DNA of 64,000 bases, from positions 1-64,000 of IMG/VR virus record IMGVR_UViG_3300027985_000891; one strand, 5' to 3'. A program made the position numbers and the translations under genes. The stretch comes from a virus. Position 1 is the first letter of the stretch. The number at the start of each line of letters is the position of its first letter. Positions 1 to 10,800 of this stretch are shown here, one piece after another. A model generated the notes under the pieces. The model was not told the DNA's origin. It did no database searches and saw nothing but the letters and a program-made list of their open reading frames with translations.

Positions 1-1
1 T

Positions 2-2725
2 AAAGTACTTATTGCAGATGCTACTTCTTACACACTAAGTGGCACTGATGCATCCCTGGAACGAGGTTATCCTCTAACTGCAGATGCAGGAACCTATGTA
101 CTGACAGGACTAGATGCTACACTAAGTGAGCTTAACTCCTATACTTTAACTGCCGATCAAGGTTCCTTCACATTAACTGGAACCGATGCTAATCTCTTAA
201 GCGGTCGTTTGTTATCCGCAAACAGTGGTACTTATACTCTTGGGGAATCAATTACCGTAGGTCCAACTACTTTTGGTGCAAGTAATTTTAGCTCTGCTTT
301 TAGTACAACAATAAGAGAGTTTGGAATTATCATAACTGCCTCTAATACAGGAATATTAACTCAGATTTCATCTGATTGGAGTAAATCATCTTCTCCTGAT
401 TTTCTTATTACCCCAGAGTTATGGACTACCAATGCCGGATTACCTGACACATTAATAGGCGCAGGTACTCCTGTAAATGCTTCAACATTTACTACCAGTT
501 CTATTCCTCGTACTTTTACGCTTAATCAACCTGTCACCAGCGGTGTAACATATGCTATACTATTTCAGTATAGTTCAGTTGTCACTCATGATGTAACAAA
601 TAGAGTCAACTTCCGTGTAAACAATACTGGAAGTGCACTAGATTTTATCAGTGTAATACGAAACGATAATGAAACTTCTTGGGCAACACTTTCAGCTAAT
701 GCTGCTTCTACAGCCTCATTAGTTTATCAACTTAATACTCAACTATTAGTAGGTCATGTAATACCAAGTGATTCAGGAAGTTATACTTTATCAGGAACAG
801 ACGCGAGCCTACTACGAGGCTATCCACTTACTGCCGAGCAGGGAACCTATACACTTGCAGGACAGGATGTCAACTTAAATAGAACCTACATTCTTGTTGC
901 AGACAGTACTTCATTTAGTCTAAGTGGTACTGATGCAAATCTTGAACAAGGTTACCTTTTAACAGCAGATGCTACCTCTTATACACTGAGCGGTACCGAT
1001 GTTAATCTGATCACAGGTCTATCATTAGTCGCAGACGCAACATCGTATACACTCACCGGTACAGATGCTAATTTTAGTAGAACATATAACCTGGTTGCAG
1101 AACAGGGCTCCTTTGTACTAACTGGATTAGATGCTACACTATCTGAAAGTGAAATTCTTACAGCAGAATCCGGTACCTATACATTAACGGGTACAGATGC
1201 AAACCTGGAGCACGGATATGTATTAGTAGCAGAGAGTGCCTCGTTCTCTTTAACCGGAACAGATGCCAGCTTAGAAATAGGCTATGCAGTTATTGCAGAG
1301 CAAGGATCCTATATACTTACCGGTCAGGATGCTGCACTTATTGCTGGTGAAACTATTGTAGCAGAAGAAGGTACCTACATATTAACCGGTACAGATGCTG
1401 CTCTACTTAATAATAGAATACTAGTAGCAGATAGTACCAGTTATACACTGACCGGTACAGATGCAGCATTAATAGCAGGAGAAACACTCCAGGCAGATCC
1501 GGGCAGCTTTGCATTAACCGGTACCGATGCTACATTACTGCGTACATATATTTTAACTGCAGATTCGACAAGCTTTACACTAGCTGGTCAGGATGCTAAT
1601 CTATTGGAAGATGCAACACTAGTTGCAGAAAGCACCTCTTATATACTAACAGGTAATGCCGCCAATCTCTCGATAGATTATACCTTAGTGGCAGACAGTA
1701 CATCATTTAGTTTATCCGGTACGGATGCTGGCTTATTAAATGACCAGGTACTTATTGCCGATAGTGGTACTTACACACTTACAGGTACGGATGCCAGTCT
1801 GTTGGCCGATCAAATACTGACAGCAGATAGTGGCACCTACACACTTACAGGACAGACAGCCAGCTTACTAAGAGACTATACACTGATAGCAGATCCTGGA
1901 GTATTCACATTAACAGGTGAAGATGTCACACTAACCTATACGCCTGCTAATAGTCTCATGGCAGACCCGGGTAGCTATACCTTAACTGGATTAGATGCTA
2001 CTTTCGATATCAATTACTTTATTGCTGCAGATCAGGGAAGTTTTGTATTAACTGGAACTGATACTAACCTGGAACAAGGATATGTATTGGTTGCAGATGC
2101 CGGCAGTTTTACATTGACAGGAGAGGATGCCAACTTCCAGATAGCATATAACCTCACTGCTTCCCCTGGGGTCTTTACATTATCAGGTCAGGATGCGAGT
2201 CTTTTAACTACCAGTATCCTAACAGCTGATCAAGGAACTTATACTTTAACTGGACAGACTGCTGCACTAGAGCAAGGATACAGGCTTATAGCAGATCCTG
2301 GAGTATTCAATGAAACCGGTCAAGATGCATCCTTACTATTTGATAGACTCTTAACAGCAGATCCGGGAGCATACATACTTACGGGTCAAGATGTTAATCT
2401 CATTCCTGGTGTACAAGGAGAATACGAAGAGGGTACATTTATATTAACCGGTGAAGATGTCAACTTCATTCGTCACTATGTATTAACTGCAGACTCAGGT
2501 GAATTTAACTGGGAAGGTATCTCTATCCGGTCAGATTATGTATTTGAAGTAGAACCTGGAGTATATGTATTAACTATGAATGATACTCCTGCTGACTATT
2601 GTATCAAGTACTGGAGCTTTGCTTTAACGGAAGAGGCTCACCGTAAACTATCCGGATGTAAACGCAAGACCCATAAAATTACACTCAACTATCCTTCCCG
2701 CAAGAAGATCAACATCAAACTATAA
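2..2725 (+). CDS. Beta-repeat (about 22-aa tandem repeat) protein, probable virion fibre/surface protein; 5'-truncated by the window edge
   Basis: Frame is open from base 2 (KVLIADATSYTLSGTDASL...), so the start at 209 in the ORF track is not the real start. Dozens of LxAdxGsY/FtLtGxDAxL repeats, with one non-repeat domain at about 245-750. Confidence 0.75.
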   Translation, partial: KVLIADATSYTLSGTDASLERGYPLTADAGTYVLTGLDATLSELNSYTLTADQGSFTLTGTDANLLSGRLLSANSGTYTLGESITVGPTTFGASNFSSAFSTTIREFGIIITASNTGILTQISSDWSKSSSPDFLITPELWTTNAGLPDTLIGAGTPVNASTFTTSSIPRTFTLNQPVTSGVTYAILFQYSSVVTHDVTNRVNFRVNNTGSALDFISVIRNDNETSWATLSANAASTASLVYQLNTQLLVGHVIPSDSGSYTLSGTDASLLRGYPLTAEQGTYTLAGQDVNLNRTYILVADSTSFSLSGTDANLEQGYLLTADATSYTLSGTDVNLITGLSLVADATSYTLTGTDANFSRTYNLVAEQGSFVLTGLDATLSESEILTAESGTYTLTGTDANLEHGYVLVAESASFSLTGTDASLEIGYAVIAEQGSYILTGQDAALIAGETIVAEEGTYILTGTDAALLNNRILVADSTSYTLTGTDAALIAGETLQADPGSFALTGTDATLLRTYILTADSTSFTLAGQDANLLEDATLVAESTSYILTGNAANLSIDYTLVADSTSFSLSGTDAGLLNDQVLIADSGTYTLTGTDASLLADQILTADSGTYTLTGQTASLLRDYTLIADPGVFTLTGEDVTLTYTPANSLMADPGSYTLTGLDATFDINYFIAADQGSFVLTGTDTNLEQGYVLVADAGSFTLTGEDANFQIAYNLTASPGVFTLSGQDASLLTTSILTADQGTYTLTGQTAALEQGYRLIADPGVFNETGQDASLLFDRLLTADPGAYILTGQDVNLIPGVQGEYEEGTFILTGEDVNFIRHYVLTADSGEFNWEGISIRSDYVFEVEPGVYVLTMNDTPADYCIKYWSFALTEEAHRKLSGCKRKTHKITLNYPSRKKINIKL
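760..2575 (+). repeat. Degenerate coding tandem repeat, about 66 bp / 22 aa unit (further copies at 2-240)
   Basis: Recurring gcagat...tatacactaaccggtacagatgct-like units encoding ADxxsYtLtGtDA. Confidence 0.85.
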
Positions 2726-5700
2726 CTATCTGGATAGTATGTAGTCTTGGAAGAATGTACTTTCTCCAAAGATCTTTTCAAATGTTCCCTTACTCTGATC
2801 CTGATTAAAGTATGCTGCCATACCAAGAATCTGATTGATACCAGGAATATTCTTAAGTGTGTAGTATCCAAAGGGTGTTTTATCTCTTGTGTTCTCCGGA
2901 GTAATTCCAATAGCTTGTGAACTTTCTACCAGGAAGTTCTCTATCATATTTGAAAAGTCAGTAGTTAAACGCATCACTGGTAATGGCGACTTCAATATCT
3001 CATTCACGGAATCCATACTAAAGAAGAAGCTTAATTCCAGTGATGCTCTTTGAGCTAACTTGTACATGTTATAGGTGAGTAGATTTTCATCCTCATCATC
3101 CCATCCTAGAGCTGACATTGCTCCTAGTAGTAATGTACTCATACCTAATAGGTATCTTAACTCTCTGGCCATGGTTCGCCACTGCCTTCTCCTGAAGTCT
3201 ATGAACCTTTCGAGTGTAAACTCTTTCTCATCCAGGTCAGGATTTTTCTTTAGAAAGTTTCTTCGATGTATTTCTGCTTTCTTCTCATCGATCTTATGTT
3301 TGTATAATCCCATGGTTATTACTTCAGACCCCAGGGAGATGAAGTTCTTTAATGTGGGTAAGATTAGATCACCAAAGATTGTACCCATACTCATGGACCA
3401 GGCTTCCTGCTCGGATCGTATGAGCTCCATAGACGGTAGTATCTCATCCTTAGTACCTATGAAGTGTCCTTGCTCATAGGATTCCAACAGAGGATTGTAT
3501 CTAAAACTACCAAATCTCTCCTTAATCAAGCCGGGCATCCAGTTTCGGAACTTCATCAACATCATACTAAGTACTTGCGTATTAGCTATATGCATCTGAT
3601 CTTCCGTGAGTGATCCCTTCACTCTATTCTGAGCTTCGGCTACCAGTCTTCTAAATCTGACAAACTCTTTCTCAGATATTCCTTCCAGTTTCATCACATC
3701 TCCGGAAGAATCAAATATTTCCCACAAAGTTTTAGCGTTCTCATCTTTTATTGGCTTTAATGGATCTCCTTTACTCTTTAACTTGCCATCACTATCCAAT
3801 ACCCAATGCTTCATCATTGCCAGAAGTATAGTATTGTCTACGTTATCGTCTCCAAAATACGGGTTATCCACATCGTATTTACTTTTTCCACGTTTGTTGA
3901 TAAGTCCGCGATGTAATGCAAAGACATTTCGCATGTTAAGCGCTTTGTTCGCTCCACTTACACTCTTTTTCAATGCTCTATCATACGATAGATCTCTACT
4001 GGATGGTTCAAAGAACCATATAGCAGCCAAAGTTTTCTCATCAGAAGAAGTAAATTGATCCAGTGCCTCCTTCCAGGTATTCTCACCAAAATATATACCC
4101 TTACCGGCTAGAATGTTTCTATTGATCTGAGCTCCAATGTTCGATGCACCGGCTAGAATAGGGTTAAGACCTAGTGCTTTGATGCTTAGAAAGTTCTGAG
4201 CTAATTGTATGATCTTGGTAGTAGAGTACACTTTATCTCCCATCCGGAATGTACTGTCCTTACTCTGGATTCGCTGACCATAGAGATGCAGCTTTATAAA
4301 CTTGTCAATGATTTCTTCTGTAGTATTGGAAGCTCCCATTCGTTTAGCCAAGGTACCGGTCAGCTTATTCAAGATAGGATTATTATATCGGTCGGTAGGT
4401 ATCTCCGTATATTGATCAAGAGTAACGATCTCTCGTAGTAACCTGATACTATCTTCCACTTCACTCTTGTAATGATAGTCCAGCGCTGATCTGTACATGA
4501 GTTTTAAAGACTGCGTTAAGTCTTTACTCTTATCAGCTACTCCTTTTTGGAAGGCTAATTCATTGACACGACGGTCTACTTCATCAAAGAATTGCTTGCT
4601 CCCCCTGGGTGCTTGTGTCGCTACATCATTTTCTATCTCTACTTTTTCTTTAGCAGTGACCTCCCTTTTAAGTTTATCCAAGTAAAGTATAGGTATCTTG
4701 TTGATAGGATTACCATCCTTATCTACTGTACCAAAGAGATGATCATACTCTCTTACTTCCAGTCCCCGATACATATCTTGCAATAGAGTATTTTCTTTGA
4801 ATACTCCAAGAGTCCCCATCTTCTCAATCGTAGATGCATGGATGTTGGCAACAAAATTATCTCTGATAACCTCATGTCCAATCATCTTATTCATCTCACG
4901 ATTGTACTTAGAGTACATCTCATAATATTTCATAGCCGGTTCATTACCAGGCTTGGATATGAATGCCCACTCATCTGAGATATAAGACGCTTGTGCTGGA
5001 TCCTTATGATCCTTTGGACGAATGTACCAGTTCTTGGTAGCAAACCATGCATTATTATTCTTCTTTGGATTGACCGCATCCATTTTCGAGAGCTCTCTCG
5101 CTCTGTCTTTCGGAGAGTAGGTTGGATTACCAGCTAGTAACTCTTTAACTTTGTCATAGTCTTCCTTCCATCGTTCTTCATTGAACTCGTAGTGACTTTC
5201 GAACCATTCTCTTTCTTTGGTAATATCTTCCTTGTTGTAATACTTTGTTCTTCCTTGCTCGGCAATCTTATTCTTCTCCTCATAAAATTCTTTCTTGAAC
5301 CTGGTAATTAGGTTTCCATCACTCGCTCGTATCAGAGGCTTGAAAGCATTGATGCCAGTAAATCCATTTCTCTTAGCCCAAGCTACATATTCATCATGTA
5401 CCGTATCAATACTTTCATCTTCTTCCAGCAATCTTCTGACTACTTTCTCTCGTTGTTCAGCCAATACAGTTCCTATGGTGAAAATAACCGGATGATTCCA
5501 CTCACTAATACCATCAAAAATCTGACCTAATCCTGTCTTCAACTTACCACCATCTAATAAACTTCTTTCACTCATGGTCTGGGCCAAGTCTATCAGCTTT
5601 TGATTGATGGTAACTCTGGCAGCATCCAACATATCATTGTAATATCTTATCCGCTGAATAACATCTTCCTTGTCTTCCAATTGATCGAGGGACTGCTTGA

Positions 5701-7843
5701 ATGCAGTGTTAAAAGTATCATATAGCTCAATAAACTCTTTGTACTCTAAGATCTGTCCTGCAGATAAGTTATTATTGTTCTCTACATCTTCTATGATAGA
5801 GGCTATGTCAGATAATGCTCCAGAGATATCCTGCTTAACTATCAGATCATTGATGGTATTATTAAGCTTACTCAATCGAGCATTCAGTTTCTTTTTCTTA
5901 TCTCCTTTTGAGATATTCACTTCAGCACGTAACTTGTTACGCTCCTGATATAACTTGTTGAGAAATATATTCAGGTTATCATCACCTGCTACTTGTTCAT
6001 CAGCTACTGTTAATTGATCCAGGTAATCCTTGTTTAAGCTTGGTCTGCCCATCTCCACTTTTTCAAAAGCCTGGTTGCCTCTTCGTCCACCAATCTTAAA
6101 CTGCATATTAATAGGTACGATCCTGGTTTCTCTAAAGTCTGAGTCCGTTAAGCCCCAGCTTTCTTTGAGTATACTCTTGTACTGTGACAACTGTAGATCA
6201 AACAATTGTCGCTTACTATCCTGTACCTCTGAGTAATCTTTAGTCTTGCTATTGAAAGGAAATCGCATGGACTTATAATCATAGATACCTATGGTACCAT
6301 CAGAATATATAACCATGACATCAATGGTTCCGGCGATATCATTTACCTGGTCTTTGGGATTATAAACCACTTGCTCAGTAAGGATCGTCGCTTTAGAGTC
6401 CTTCTCTTTGATATGAGTGTAAATACTTTTGACCCCATGGAATAGATCCGACCACTGGGTAGTAGAGAGCTTATAATACGAACGATCTTGAAAATTCTTA
6501 AACTCCGGCCTATCCTTGAGGTTATTGTAAACCAGGCTCTCAATCTGTTCCCGGTTAATATCCTTCGCATTTGAAAGGAGAGTTTCCATAATAAGCTGAT
6601 TATAGTTATGGAGGATCGTACCTTTCGTTGTGAAGTATTCTTTGTATTCTGGCGTGAACTCCTTCTGCCCGTAAATATATCTACCATAGTCCTGGACCTT
6701 ATCAGACGGCCTAAAACGTACCCACTTATCCAGTGAAGGAATGTAATAGCGGCCATCGCGATTCTCGAGCTTAAGTTCATTGACTTCCTTGATCTTATCC
6801 AGGATAAAGTTCTTCTTATCACTGTTAGGGGATATCTGATAAAAGATATCATCTCTTAATGTTTCTTGTAGACCTTCAACATTACCGGCCAATAGCTTCT
6901 CAGCTGACTTCCGGAACTCACTGATGTCTTGTTGTTTAAAAAGCTTTCTTAGATAGTCCAGTATAGCATTCCACCAATTCTTAAGCGTACCATCTGCATA
7001 CCGGTCCACTGCTACACTGGTAATCAGTTTAACAATGGCTTCTTCTGTAACCTTGGTAGGATCATAATTCTCCAGATCACCATAGGTTTCCTGTACCTCA
7101 TTATACACTGGAAACTTTTTGATCTGTTGAGCCATGGCATAGTAAGGAGCACTTCCTCTCATCATACTAACCATCAAGTGAGTAGCTTCTTCTGTCAATG
7201 TATCCAGTCCCTGTTTAGACTGTACAACCTCAATAACTTTGTTCAGTGTATTGACCCGGGCAGCTGCGTCATGCTCCAATTGACCTACCCATGACACTTT
7301 TGCGCCTACCGAATTGAGGAAATTACCTACCATTCTGTCCAATTCAGCATCCACTGGTATATTTTTGGCGGTCAGCTGAAAGCTAGGGTTGAATGGATTA
7401 TAGAACCTATTGTCTATCGTGAAGTAATAAGCTCCACTAGTTGCTCTTTTAACTTTCACATGCCCCAGGGAAGAGGCTCTAAGCTCCCTCTCTACAGCAG
7501 ATGAGTTAATTGTTCTGGGCATAAAGCCAGCATAGTTCATATTATACCGTTGCCCCAGCTTGGATAAGGTACCTTGAGTAGAGTTGGCATAGTATACTTC
7601 ATCAACAAAGGGAGATAAAATGTCTTTAGCTTGGCTATAAATAGCCTCACCATTGACATCCATCTCCCCCTCGTATAATCCACTAAACGATTTTGTATAC
7701 GTTTGAGCCCATAGGCGAACAGCTTGATCCTTGGTAATATCTAAAGAAGAAACAATATCTCTGTAGAGTATACTTGGTTTCTTATTCGGAGCATATACTT
7801 CTTCTATTTCTCCTTTCTTGTTTCGTTCAATGCTACATGCCAC
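2726..7843 (-). CDS. Large virion cargo protein of the RNAP block with a PD-(D/E)XK nuclease-like domain and a degenerate zincin-like domain
   Basis: 1705 aa, GTG start overlapping the RNAP stop. Contains TEQVVY...AGTIDVM...IYDYKS...QLSQY nuclease motifs and EEATH...EEAIVK (zincin-like, lacking the first His). Position after the RNAP is as in crAss-like phages. Confidence 0.8.
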   Translation of the reverse strand: MACSIERNKKGEIEEVYAPNKKPSILYRDIVSSLDITKDQAVRLWAQTYTKSFSGLYEGEMDVNGEAIYSQAKDILSPFVDEVYYANSTQGTLSKLGQRYNMNYAGFMPRTINSSAVERELRASSLGHVKVKRATSGAYYFTIDNRFYNPFNPSFQLTAKNIPVDAELDRMVGNFLNSVGAKVSWVGQLEHDAAARVNTLNKVIEVVQSKQGLDTLTEEATHLMVSMMRGSAPYYAMAQQIKKFPVYNEVQETYGDLENYDPTKVTEEAIVKLITSVAVDRYADGTLKNWWNAILDYLRKLFKQQDISEFRKSAEKLLAGNVEGLQETLRDDIFYQISPNSDKKNFILDKIKEVNELKLENRDGRYYIPSLDKWVRFRPSDKVQDYGRYIYGQKEFTPEYKEYFTTKGTILHNYNQLIMETLLSNAKDINREQIESLVYNNLKDRPEFKNFQDRSYYKLSTTQWSDLFHGVKSIYTHIKEKDSKATILTEQVVYNPKDQVNDIAGTIDVMVIYSDGTIGIYDYKSMRFPFNSKTKDYSEVQDSKRQLFDLQLSQYKSILKESWGLTDSDFRETRIVPINMQFKIGGRRGNQAFEKVEMGRPSLNKDYLDQLTVADEQVAGDDNLNIFLNKLYQERNKLRAEVNISKGDKKKKLNARLSKLNNTINDLIVKQDISGALSDIASIIEDVENNNNLSAGQILEYKEFIELYDTFNTAFKQSLDQLEDKEDVIQRIRYYNDMLDAARVTINQKLIDLAQTMSERSLLDGGKLKTGLGQIFDGISEWNHPVIFTIGTVLAEQREKVVRRLLEEDESIDTVHDEYVAWAKRNGFTGINAFKPLIRASDGNLITRFKKEFYEEKNKIAEQGRTKYYNKEDITKEREWFESHYEFNEERWKEDYDKVKELLAGNPTYSPKDRARELSKMDAVNPKKNNNAWFATKNWYIRPKDHKDPAQASYISDEWAFISKPGNEPAMKYYEMYSKYNREMNKMIGHEVIRDNFVANIHASTIEKMGTLGVFKENTLLQDMYRGLEVREYDHLFGTVDKDGNPINKIPILYLDKLKREVTAKEKVEIENDVATQAPRGSKQFFDEVDRRVNELAFQKGVADKSKDLTQSLKLMYRSALDYHYKSEVEDSIRLLREIVTLDQYTEIPTDRYNNPILNKLTGTLAKRMGASNTTEEIIDKFIKLHLYGQRIQSKDSTFRMGDKVYSTTKIIQLAQNFLSIKALGLNPILAGASNIGAQINRNILAGKGIYFGENTWKEALDQFTSSDEKTLAAIWFFEPSSRDLSYDRALKKSVSGANKALNMRNVFALHRGLINKRGKSKYDVDNPYFGDDNVDNTILLAMMKHWVLDSDGKLKSKGDPLKPIKDENAKTLWEIFDSSGDVMKLEGISEKEFVRFRRLVAEAQNRVKGSLTEDQMHIANTQVLSMMLMKFRNWMPGLIKERFGSFRYNPLLESYEQGHFIGTKDEILPSMELIRSEQEAWSMSMGTIFGDLILPTLKNFISLGSEVITMGLYKHKIDEKKAEIHRRNFLKKNPDLDEKEFTLERFIDFRRRQWRTMARELRYLLGMSTLLLGAMSALGWDDEDENLLTYNMYKLAQRASLELSFFFSMDSVNEILKSPLPVMRLTTDFSNMIENFLVESSQAIGITPENTRDKTPFGYYTLKNIPGINQILGMAAYFNQDQSKGTFEKIFGESTFFQDYILSR

Positions 7844-10800
7844 AATCTTCCTTGTTTAGTATATCATCAACTTCACTTCTTCTACTTTCTGTTGGTGCCG
7901 GCTTAGGATAATTCTGAGACTTCTTCTTAACATACTCGGAGAAGTCTGCATCTGGAAAATACTTCTTGGTACTATCGTTTCTAAAGTTACGAACAGTTCC
8001 CATCTTATCCTTGCTTAATAGTTGCCGGTTGAAATAATACTTAGTATCCGGTACCATACCACGACTGTCTGTCACTTTATATGCCGGCCAGCTATCTTTA
8101 ATAGCTCTCACACTACCAACACTCTTGAAGAACTGAGAATTATTCAAGAAGAACTCATGGTAAAAGTTCTGGAATGCTTTAGAATTTTGCTCCAATCCTT
8201 GCAGCGACCTGTGCATTATATCTGCATAGATAGCATTCGGCATAAGATCTATGAAGTTGATAGGACTGTTCTGTAGTCCGGATTGTAACCACAGGAATTC
8301 TCCCAGCTCCGTTGCCAGAGTAGGATGGGTAATCATTAATCTTTCCCACTCCTTAGTATAGATATCGCTATCCTCTTTGTCGATCTTAGAACCAGAGTTT
8401 ATTGATAAATTATCTATGGTTTGACCGGTGAAAGGATCTTTGATAGCCAGCTTAACTGAGAGTGCTTCAATGAATTCGTTAGGTGCTGCATCTCCTCTAG
8501 CTACCTGAGCTTTATAATCTTGTACTCGCTTGGGTACTGTACTATTTCGTACCTTGACACCATCAATCGTTTGAAAAGAATTGATCAGACTATTTCTACC
8601 TTTCAGATCAAGTTGTCGATGTACTATGTAGGTAATTAGATCACTTTTCATAGCATCAATCGTCTTCTCATACTCGAATTCATCCATGGTCAGTGAGACA
8701 AACTTATCTATCTGTTCCCTCAGCCCTGGGTTATTTAACGTCACCATGTACGGTGTGATCATATCCAGTAGATCCTTAACTGAACTATAGAATGGTTCGA
8801 GGAAAGAACCTTTGTCAAAGATTCGCTCATAGTTACCCAGTAATCCCTCATCGATAGTTTGCTCAGTAAGTTTGAGTCTGTGCATAAGCTGACCAGTATT
8901 CTTTCCACCAGCAGATGTATCATAGGATGTACCCCAGATAGCTCTACGTAAAGAATCAGATACATCTTCCAACATCATATACTGATCCAGAATAGCTAAC
9001 TGTGCAGCTTTCTCTGCATCGTTTAATTCCATGCCTTTACCCACTTTTTCAATCATATTTCTCATCTGGGTAAGTGACTTCATTGCCTTCTGAGGAGCAT
9101 TAGGTTTTGTTGCACTCTTATACTTGTTGGTAATTTTATCTACAAACTTCCAATCTGTCTTACCAGTAGTATATAGATAAGTACTACGACGTGCAGCCAA
9201 ACCTTTAATGTAATCATCGATGATCGGCTGATTCATAAAGGCTATCGCATCATTTACCGGAACACCAAGACGTATCAATAAAAACATAACGTTGGCTGAG
9301 ATAGGCCCACCATTGATTTGGAATATGAATGGGTCTTTCGCAGCATCCACATAGGCGTTAATCATTTCACTGAGCAAATCACTAATGTAATGTTTACCAT
9401 CAGTTGTCTTTAAACCTGCAAGGGAGGGTCGTATTTGACCCCCCTGCAGTGTAGAATTATGACTCAAGTATATATTTTTACCTCTAGGAAGATTGAGGTA
9501 AACATTAGCCTGTGAAAATAATATATGTGAGGTAGCATTCAAAGCCGCACGACCAATATTTTGCTTAGCATGTTGAAATTCTATACCCTTGTTGATTACA
9601 AAAGTAGGATCCACTATGTTATAAAGAGCTTGTGGATTGGTATCTCTGTTCTTTAAGTTGTTGATAATATTAGCCTGAGCTTTAAATGTATCAGTAGAGA
9701 TCGGGTTGATCAGTTCATCAAATCGTCTATAGTCTGATAACAATGCTTGATGCATCCTAAGCATCTCATTTTCTATGGCTTTCTTACCATTCTTCTCGTA
9801 GATATCCAGTTTGTCAAACTCTTCAAAAGCCTTTTCATATATTTGTTCAAGTGCATTATCCCTTTTAACTTTGGCAGCTTGAATCACGTCTTTATTTCTC
9901 CGCATGTTCTCCCGGATACGACTAGTTTCGATCAGGAATTCATTGAGTTCTTCAAGTTCATCATTGAAGCCCAGTTCTTCTTGAAGACTACTGAGAAGCC
10001 CATTTTCAATCAATTCCTTACGATTGAACGAGTAGTCCTGTATCGTATTAATAGCGTCATTAATGTTACTGACATCTATGCCCAATGCATGAAGCTTAGG
10101 TAACATCTTTTGTTGCCAAAGATCATAGCTAATCTTCTTACCTATGATTGCTTTGGAGATATCATTTTTATACTCCTCTTCTATTCGATCAATATCAGAA
10201 GCATACTCCGGGATTGAAAGAGAGAAGGATCTTTTTCTTCGTTCCCATATCTTGGATGGACTCTTGGTAAACTCGATGTAACGAGGTTGACCATTGATCA
10301 TTTCATAGTTTGGAAAATGCAAGAACATTTTATCAAAGTCAAAGTCAGAACCTGCTTTAGCTATTACTTCTGAAGGTACCACTACAATATCTCCGGACTG
10401 TGCTGGTAAGAATCCTTTTATTCTTATGTTCTCTATAGAGTTTAAGCCCTGAGTAGGAATCCGGAAACCTATTGCTTGTAATAGTCTCTTGTCCAAGGAT
10501 TGCAAATCAACTTGTTGACCTAGCATTTCTTTAAAGTAGTGAGGAAGATATACTTCCATGGCTCCTACTTTAGTTTCATATTCTTCTGGTTTATCCTTTA
10601 GTTCATTCCATTCTTCCTGAGTGTAGGTCTTGTTTCCTACTTTATATTCTACATCATAGAACTTAAGATCACTGCTTTTAAACTTACCATTTTCATAATT
10701 ACGTTTACCCTCCAGTTCAAAGAATGTAGAAGATACTTGTACACTAGACTTACCATGTTTCTTCTGAGATACAGTCATCTTATCAGAAATGGAGAATAGA

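Noticed and set aside
760-2575. D-S/T sites (ADST) as targets of the host Bacteroidota O-glycosylation system
   Set aside because: That system acts on exported proteins, the N-terminus is outside the window, and most repeats do not match the motif.
6343-6852. 169-aa same-strand alternate-frame ORF inside the cargo gene
   Set aside because: Arg/Ile/Ser-rich with no recognisable motif; explained by the local CG-rich patch.
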